64,000 nucleotides of DNA from Auanema rhodensis (Eukaryota > Animalia > Nematoda). A program made the translations under genes and the position numbers. Under the pieces are notes generated by a model. The model searched no databases. It was given only the letters and a program-made list of their open reading frames with translations, and was not told where the DNA came from. Position 1 is the stretch's first letter; each line of letters opens with the position of its first letter. The stretch is from the NCBI GenBank assembly GCA_964057225.1, contig OZ059900.1:12772001-12836000 (forward strand). The letters run 5' to 3'. Below, one piece after another: positions 55,626-64,000 of this stretch.

Positions 55626-58600
55626 ATGAAGCATACGTGACAGTTATCTGTTGAAGTTAATTAAGATTCTATTGTTAAGTTTACTTCAAATTTAGGTTTT
55701 CTTATGATAAATTAATTCAAGTAATCAGAAGAGATTCTGATTTATTTTCAAATTGATTCTTAGTTATCTTCTTAGTTACAATACTCATTCGTTAAAACTA
55801 TCAATATTTGATATATTATATATGTAATAGATATACATTCATCATAAACAATACTTTTTAACAAAATCTTTTCACAATTTATTATTTTACAGAAATCAAC
55901 AACAGAAAAGAAAAATAATTTAGTCTCAATAATAAGAGTTAAAACATAACTAATATAAAACAGAAACCAAATAAGCTATAGATATGAAGCATACGTGACA
56001 GTTATCTGTTGAAGTTAATTAAGATTCTATTGTTAAGTTTACTTCAAATTTAGGTTTTCTTATGATAAATTAATTCAAGTAATCAGAAGAGATTCTGATT
56101 TATTTTCAAATTGATTCTTAGTTATCTTCTTAGTTACAATACTCATTCGTTAAAACTATCAATATTTGATATATTATATATGTAATAGATATACATTCAT
56201 CATAAACAATACTTTTTAACAAAATCTTTTCACAATTTATTATTTTACAGAAATCAACAACAGAAAAGAAAAATAATTTAGTCTCAATAATAAGAGTTAA
56301 AACATAACTAATATAAAACAGAAACCAAATAAGCTATAGATATGAAGCATACGTGACAGTTATCTGTTGAAGTTAATTAAGATTCTATTGTTAAGTTTAC
56401 TTCAAATTTAGGTTTTCTTATGATAAATTAATTCAAGTAATCAGAAGAGATTCTGATTTATTTTCAAATTGATTCTTAGTTATCTTCTTAGTTACAATAC
56501 TCATTCGTTAAAACTATCAATATTTGATATATTATGTATGTAATAGATATACATTCATCATAAACAATACTTTTTAACAAAATCTTTTCACAATTTATTA
56601 TTTTACAGAAATCAACAACAGAAAAGAAAAATAATTTAGTCTCAATAATAAGAGTTAAAACATAACTAATATAAAACAGAAACCAAATAAGCTATAGATA
56701 TGAAGCATACGTGACAGTTATCTGTTGAAGTTAATTAGGATTCTATTGTTAAGTTTACTTCAAATTTTAGTTTACTTATCATAAATTAATTCAAGTAATC
56801 AGAAGAGATTCTGATTTATTTTCAAATTGATTCTTAGTTATCTTCTTAGTTACAATACTCATTCGTTAAAACTATCAATATTTGATATATTATATATGTA
56901 ATAGATATACATTCATCATAAACAATACTTTTTAACAAAATCTTTTCACAATTTATTATTTTACAGAAATCAACAACAGAAAAGAAAAATAATTTAGTCT
57001 CAATAATAAGAGTTAAAACATAACTAATATAAAACAGAAACCAAATAAGCTATAGATATGAAGCATACGTGACAGTTATCTGTTGAAGTTAATTAAGATT
57101 CTATTGTTAAGTTTACTTCAAATTTAGGTTTTCTTATGATAAATTAATTCAAGTAATCAGAAGAGATTCTGATTTATTTTCAAATTGATTCTTAGTTATC
57201 TTCTTAGTTACAATACTCATTCGTTAAAACTATCAATATTTGATATATTATATATGTAATAGATATACATTCATCATAAACAATACTTTTTAACAAAATC
57301 TTTTCACAATTTATTATTTTACAGAAATCAACAACAGAAAAGAAAAATAATTTAGTCTCAATAATAAGAGTTAAAACATAACTAATATAAAACAGAAACC
57401 AAATAAGCTATAGATATGAAGCATACGTGACAGTTATCTGTTGAAGTTAATTAAGATTCTATTGTTAAGTTTACTTCAAATTTAGGTTTTCTTATGATAA
57501 ATTAATTCAAGTAATCAGAAGAGATTCTGATTTATTTTCAAATTGATTCTTAGTTATCTTCTTAGTTACAATACTCATTCGTTAAAACTATCAATATTTG
57601 ATATATTATATATGTAATAGATATACATTCATCATAAACAATACTTTTTAACAAAATCTTTTCACAATTTATTATTTTACAGAAATCAACAACAGAAAAG
57701 AAAAATAATTTAGTCTCAATAATAAGAGTTAAAACATAACTAATATAAAACAGAAACCAAATAAGCTATAGATATGAAGCATACGTGACAGTTATCTGTT
57801 GAAGTTAATTAAGATTCTATTGTTAAGTTTACTTCAAATTTAGGTTTTCTTATGATAAATTAATTCAAGTAATCAGAAGAGATTCTGATTTATTTTCAAA
57901 TTGATTCTTAGTTATCTTCTTAGTTACAATACTCATTCGTTAAAACTATCAATATTTGATATATTATGTATGTAATAGATATACATTCATCATAAACAAT
58001 ACTTTTTAACAAAATCTTTTCACAATTTATTATTTTACAGAAATCAACAACAGAAAAGAAAAATAATTTAGTCTCAATAATAAGAGTTAAAACATAACTA
58101 ATATAAAACAGAAACCAAATAAGCTATAGATATGAAGCATACGTGACAGTTATCTGTTGAAGTTAATTAGGATTCTATTGTTAAGTTTACTTCAAATTTT
58201 AGTTTACTTATCATAAATTAATTCAAGTAATCAGAAGAGATTCTGATTTATTTTCAAATTGATTCTTAGTTATCTTCTTAGTTACAATACTCATTCGTTA
58301 AAACTATCAATATTTGATATATTATATATGTAATAGATATACATTCATCATAAACAATACTTTTTAACAAAATCTTTTCACAATTTATTATTTTACAGAA
58401 ATCAACAACAGAAAAGAAAAATAATTTAGTCTCAATAATAAGAGTTAAAACATAACTAATATAAAACAGAAACCAAATAAGCTATAGATATGAAGCATAC
58501 GTGACAGTTATCTGTTGAAGTTAATTAAGATTCTATTGTTAAGTTTACTTCAAATTTAGGTTTTCTTATGATAAATTAATTCAAGTAATCAGAAGAGATT

Positions 58601-59205
58601 CTGATTTATTTTCAAATTGATTCTTAGTTATCTTCTTAGTTACAATACTCATTCGTTAAAACTATCAATATTTGATATATTATGTATGTAATAGATATAC
58701 ATTCATCATAAACAATACTTTTTAACAAAATCTTTTCACAATTTATTATTTTACAGAAATCAACAACAGAAAAGAAAAATAATTTAGTCTCAATAATAAG
58801 AGTTAAAACATAACTAATATAAAACAGAAACCAAATAAGCTATAGATATGAAGCATACGTGACAGTTATCTGTTGAAGTTAATTAGGATTCTATTGTTAA
58901 GTTTACTTCAAATTTTAGTTTACTTATCATAAATTAATTCAAGTAATCAGAAGAGATTCTGATTTATTTTCAAATTGATTCTTAGTTATCTTCTTAGTTA
59001 CAATACTCATTCGTTAAAACTATCAATATTTGATATATTATATATGTAATAGATATACATTCATCATAAACAATACTTTTTAACAAAATCTTTTCACAAT
59101 TTATTATTTTACAGAAATCAACAACAGAAAAGAAAAATAATTTAGTCTCAATAATAAGAGTTAAAACATAACTAATATAAAACAGAAACCAAATAGTCTA
59201 TAGAT
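55626..59205. repeat. Local tetrameric higher-order repeat (1432 bp x2 plus a half copy)
   Basis: The private SNP ATTATGTATG occurs at about 56536, 57968 and 58684 (spacings 1432 and 716). Each occurrence is followed by a unit with TTAGGATTC plus TTTTAGTTTACTTATCA. Confidence 0.8.
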
Positions 59206-62200
59206 ATGAAACATACGTGACAGTTATCTGTTGAAGTTAATTAAGATTCTATTGTTAAGTTTACTTCAAATTTTAGTTTACTTATCATAAATTAATTCAA
59301 GTAATCAGAAGAGATTCTGATTTATTTTCAAATTGATTCTTAGTTATCTTCTTAGTTACAATACTCATTCGTTAAAACTATCAATATTTGATATATTATA
59401 TATGTAATAGATATACATTCATCATAAACAATACTTTTTAACAAAATCTTTTCACAATTTATTATTTTACAGAAATCAACAACAGAAAAGAAAAATAATT
59501 TAGTCTCAATAATAAGAGTTAAAACATAACTAATATAAAACAGAAACCAAATAGTCTATAGATATGAAACATACGTGACAGTTATCTGTTGAAGTTAATT
59601 AAGATTCTATTGTTAAGTTTACTTCAAATTTAGGTTTTCTTATGATAAATTAATTCAAGTAATCAGAAGAGATTCTGATTTATTTTCAAATTGATTCTTA
59701 GTTATCTTCTTAGTTACAATACTCATTCGTTAAAACTATCAATATTTGATATATTATATATGTAATAGATATACATTCATCATAAACAATACTTTTTAAC
59801 AAAATCTTTTCACAATTTATTATTTTACAGAAATCAACAACAGAAAAGAAAAATAATTTAGTCTCAATAATAAGAGTTAAAACATAACTAATATAAAACA
59901 GAAACCAAATAGTCTATAGATATGAAACATACGTGACAGTTATCTGTTGAAGTTAATTAAGATTCTATTGTTAAGTTTACTTCAAATTTAGGTTTTCTTA
60001 TGATAAATTAATTCAAGTAATCAGAAGAGATTCTGATTTATTTTCAAATTGATTCTTAGTTATCTTCTTAGTTACAATACTCATTCGTTAAAACTATCAA
60101 TATTTGATATATTATATATGTAATAGATATACATTCATCATAAACAATACTTTTTAACAAAATCTTTTCACAATTTATTATTTTACAGAAATCAACAACA
60201 GAAAAGAAAAATAATTTAGTCTCAATAATAAGAGTTAAAACATAACTAATATAAAACAGAAACCAAATAGTCTATAGATATGAAACATACGTGACAGTTA
60301 TCTGTTGAAGTTAATTAAGATTCTATTGTTAAGTTTACTTCAAATTTAGGTTTTCTTATGATAAATTAATTCAAGTAATCAGAAGAGATTCTGATTTATT
60401 TTCAAATTGATTCTTAGTTATCTTCTTAGTTACAATACTCATTCGTTAAAACTATCAATATTTGATATATTATATATGTAATAGATATACATTCATCATA
60501 AACAATACTTTTTAACAAAATCTTTTCACAATTTATTATTTTACAGAAATCAACAACAGAAAAGAAAAATAATTTAGTCTCAATAATAAGAGTTAAAACA
60601 TAACTAATATAAAACAGAAACCAAATAAGCTATAGATATGAAGCATACGTGACAGTTATCTGTTGAAGTTAATTAGGATTCTATTGTTAAGTTTACTTCA
60701 AATTTTAGTTTACTTATCATAAATTAATTCAAGTAATCAGAAGAGATTCTGATTTATTTTCAAATTGATTCTTAGTTATCTTCTTAGTTACAATACTCAT
60801 TCGTTAAAACTATCAATATTTGATATATTATATATGTAATAGATATACATTCATCATAAACAATACTTTTTAACAAAATCTTTTCACAATTTATTATTTT
60901 ACAGAAATCAACAACAGAAAAGAAAAATAATTTAGTCTCAATAATAAGAGTTAAAACATAACTAATATAAAACAGAAACCAAATAGTCTATAGATATGAA
61001 ACATACGTGACAGTTATCTGTTGAAGTTAATTAAGATTCTATTGTTAAGTTTACTTCAAATTTAGGTTTTCTTATGATAAATTAATTCAAGTAATCAGAA
61101 GAGATTCTGATTTATTTTCAAATTGATTCTTAGTTATCTTCTTAGTTACAATACTCATTCGTTAAAACTATCAATATTTGATATATTATATATGTAATAG
61201 ATATACATTCATCATAAACAATACTTTTTAACAAAATCTTTTCACAATTTATTATTTTACAGAAATCAACAACAGAAAAGAAAAATAATTTAGTCTCAAT
61301 AATAAGAGTTAAAACATAACTAATATAAAACAGAAACCAAATAGTCTATAGATATGAAACATACGTGACAGTTATCTGTTGAAGTTAATTAAGATTCTAT
61401 TGTTAAGTTTACTTCAAATTTAGGTTTTCTTATGATAAATTAATTCAAGTAATCAGAAGAGATTCTGATTTATTTTCAAATTGATTCTTAGTTATCTTCT
61501 TAGTTACAATACTCATTCGTTAAAACTATCAATATTTGATATATTATATATGTAATAGATATACATTCATCATAAACAATACTTTTTAACAAAATCTTTT
61601 CACAATTTATTATTTTACAGAAATCAACAACAGAAAAGAAAAATAATTTAGTCTCAATAATAAGAGTTAAAACATAACTAATATAAAACAGAAACCAAAT
61701 AGTCTATAGATATGAAACATACGTGACAGTTATCTGTTGAAGTTAATTAAGATTCTATTGTTAAGTTTACTTCAAATTTTAGTTTACTTATCATAAATTA
61801 ATTCAAGTAATCAGAAGAGATTCTGATTTATTTTCAAATTGATTCTTAGTTATCTTCTTAGTTACAATACTCATTCGTTAAAACTATCAATATTTGATAT
61901 ATTATATATGTAATAGATATACATTCATCATAAACAATACTTTTTAACAAAATCTTTTCACAATTTATTATTTTACAGAAATCAACAACAGAAAAGAAAA
62001 ATAATTTAGTCTCAATAATAAGAGTTAAAACATAACTAATATAAAACAGAAACCAAATAGTCTATAGATATGAAACATACGTGACAGTTATCTGTTGAAG
62101 TTAATTAAGATTCTATTGTTAAGTTTACTTCAAATTTAGGTTTTCTTATGATAAATTAATTCAAGTAATCAGAAGAGATTCTGATTTATTTTCAAATTGA

Positions 62201-64000
62201 TTCTTAGTTATCTTCTTAGTTACAATACTCATTCGTTAAAACTATCAATATTTGATATATTATATATGTAATAGATATACATTCATCATAAACAATACTT
62301 TTTAACAAAATCTTTTCACAATTTATTATTTTACAGAAATCAACAACAGAAAAGAAAAATAATTTAGTCTCAATAATAAGAGTTAAAACATAACTAATAT
62401 AAAACAGAAACCAAATAGTCTATAGATATGAAACATACGTGACAGTTATCTGTTGAAGTTAATTAAGATTCTATTGTTAAGTTTACTTCAAATTTAGGTT
62501 TTCTTATGATAAATTAATTCAAGTAATCAGAAGAGATTCTGATTTATTTTCAAATTGATTCTTAGTTATCTTCTTAGTTACAATACTCATTCGTTAAAAC
62601 TATCAATATTTGATATATTATATATGTAATAGATATACATTCATCATAAACAATACTTTTTAACAAAATCTTTTCACAATTTATTATTTTACAGAAATCA
62701 ACAACAGAAAAGAAAAATAATTTAGTCTCAATAATAAGAGTTAAAACATAACTAATATAAAACAGAAACCAAATAGTCTATAGATATGAAACATACGTGA
62801 CAGTTATCTGTTGAAGTTAATTAAGATTCTATTGTTAAGTTTACTTCAAATTTAGGTTTTCTTATGATAAATTAATTCAAGTAATCAGAAGAGATTCTGA
62901 TTTATTTTCAAATTGATTCTTAGTTATCTTCTTAGTTACAATACTCATTCGTTAAAACTATCAATATTTGATATATTATATATGTAATAGATATACATTC
63001 ATCATAAACAATACTTTTTAACAAAATCTTTTCACAATTTATTATTTTACAGAAATCAACAACAGAAAAGAAAAATAATTTAGTCTCAATAATAAGAGTT
63101 AAAACATAACTAATATAAAACAGAAACCAAATAGTCTATAGATATGAAACATACGTGACAGTTATCTGTTGAAGTTAATTAAGATTCTATTGTTAAGTTT
63201 ACTTCAAATTTAGGTTTTCTTATGATAAATTAATTCAAGTAATCAGAAGAGATTCTGATTTATTTTCAAATTGATTCTTAGTTATCTTCTTAGTTACAAT
63301 ACTCATTCGTTAAAACTATCAATATTTGATATATTATATATGTAATAGATATACATTCATCATAAACAATACTTTTTAACAAAATCTTTTCACAATTTAT
63401 TATTTTACAGAAATCAACAACAGAAAAGAAAAATAATTTAGTCTCAATAATAAGAGTTAAAACATAACTAATATAAAACAGAAACCAAATAGTCTATAGA
63501 TATGAAACATACGTGACAGTTATCTGTTGAAGTTAATTAAGATTCTATTGTTAAGTTTACTTCAAATTTAGGTTTTCTTATGATAAATTAATTCAAGTAA
63601 TCAGAAGAGATTCTGATTTATTTTCAAATTGATTCTTAGTTATCTTCTTAGTTACAATACTCATTCGTTAAAACTATCAATATTTGATATATTATATATG
63701 TAATAGATATACATTCATCATAAACAATACTTTTTAACAAAATCTTTTCACAATTTATTATTTTACAGAAATCAACAACAGAAAAGAAAAATAATTTAGT
63801 CTCAATAATAAGAGTTAAAACATAACTAATATAAAACAGAAACCAAATAGTCTATAGATATGAAACATACGTGACAGTTATCTGTTGAAGTTAATTAAGA
63901 TTCTATTGTTAAGTTTACTTCAAATTTAGGTTTTCTTATGATAAATTAATTCAAGTAATCAGAAGAGATTCTGATTTATTTTCAAATTGATTCTTAGTTA

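Larger units (their letters stand above)
6580..64000. repeat. Tandem satellite DNA, 358-bp monomer, 160 complete copies plus 141 bp, continuing beyond the window
   Basis: The marker ATGAA(A/G)CATACGTGACAG recurs at 6581, 6939, 7297 ... 44887, then 45244 (one 357-bp unit) ... 63860, i.e. 6581+358n, minus 1 after about 45180. Hand count gives 74 G+C in 358 nt (about 21% GC). All copies are head-to-tail in one orientation and differ by a handful of substitutions. Confidence 0.99.

Noticed and set aside
6580-64000. CRISPR array, rDNA/5S, SL-RNA, histone or tRNA gene array
   Set aside because: There are no unique spacers. I found no SL1 leader (GGTTTAATTACCCAAGTTTGAG), no recognisable rRNA, 5S or tRNA sequence or A/B boxes, and no coding frame. 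AATTTTAG is not a proper Sm site and is altered in a common variant.

Overview
Eukaryotic, AT-rich nematode DNA, probably rhabditid (clade V); this is inferred from the protein and from TTTTCAG-type acceptors with 40-65 nt introns. Bases 1-173 hold the probable 3' end of an unidentified + strand gene. Bases 1598-6217 hold a complete, very compact sax-3/Robo gene. I traced 25 exons and 24 GT-AG mini-introns by hand, giving 3513 nt of CDS (1170 aa): signal peptide, 5 Ig, 3 FnIII, TM and cytoplasmic CC motifs. About 360 bp after its stop codon, a head-to-tail 358-bp satellite (about 21% GC) starts abruptly at about 6580 and fills the remaining 57.4 kb. It has 160 full copies plus a partial one and is still open at the window end. 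Copies are nearly identical, with only one 1-bp indel seen. They carry linked multi-base variant haplotypes arranged in spatial domains and local higher-order repeats, and the monomer is rich in inverted repeats. The most interesting hypothesis, which is inference only, is that this gene/satellite junction is a chromosomal domain boundary, for example a programmed DNA elimination break region. A GCC/GGC palindrome in the spacer is a candidate signal. No prokaryotic features, CRISPR arrays, rRNA, tRNA or transposase ORFs were found.
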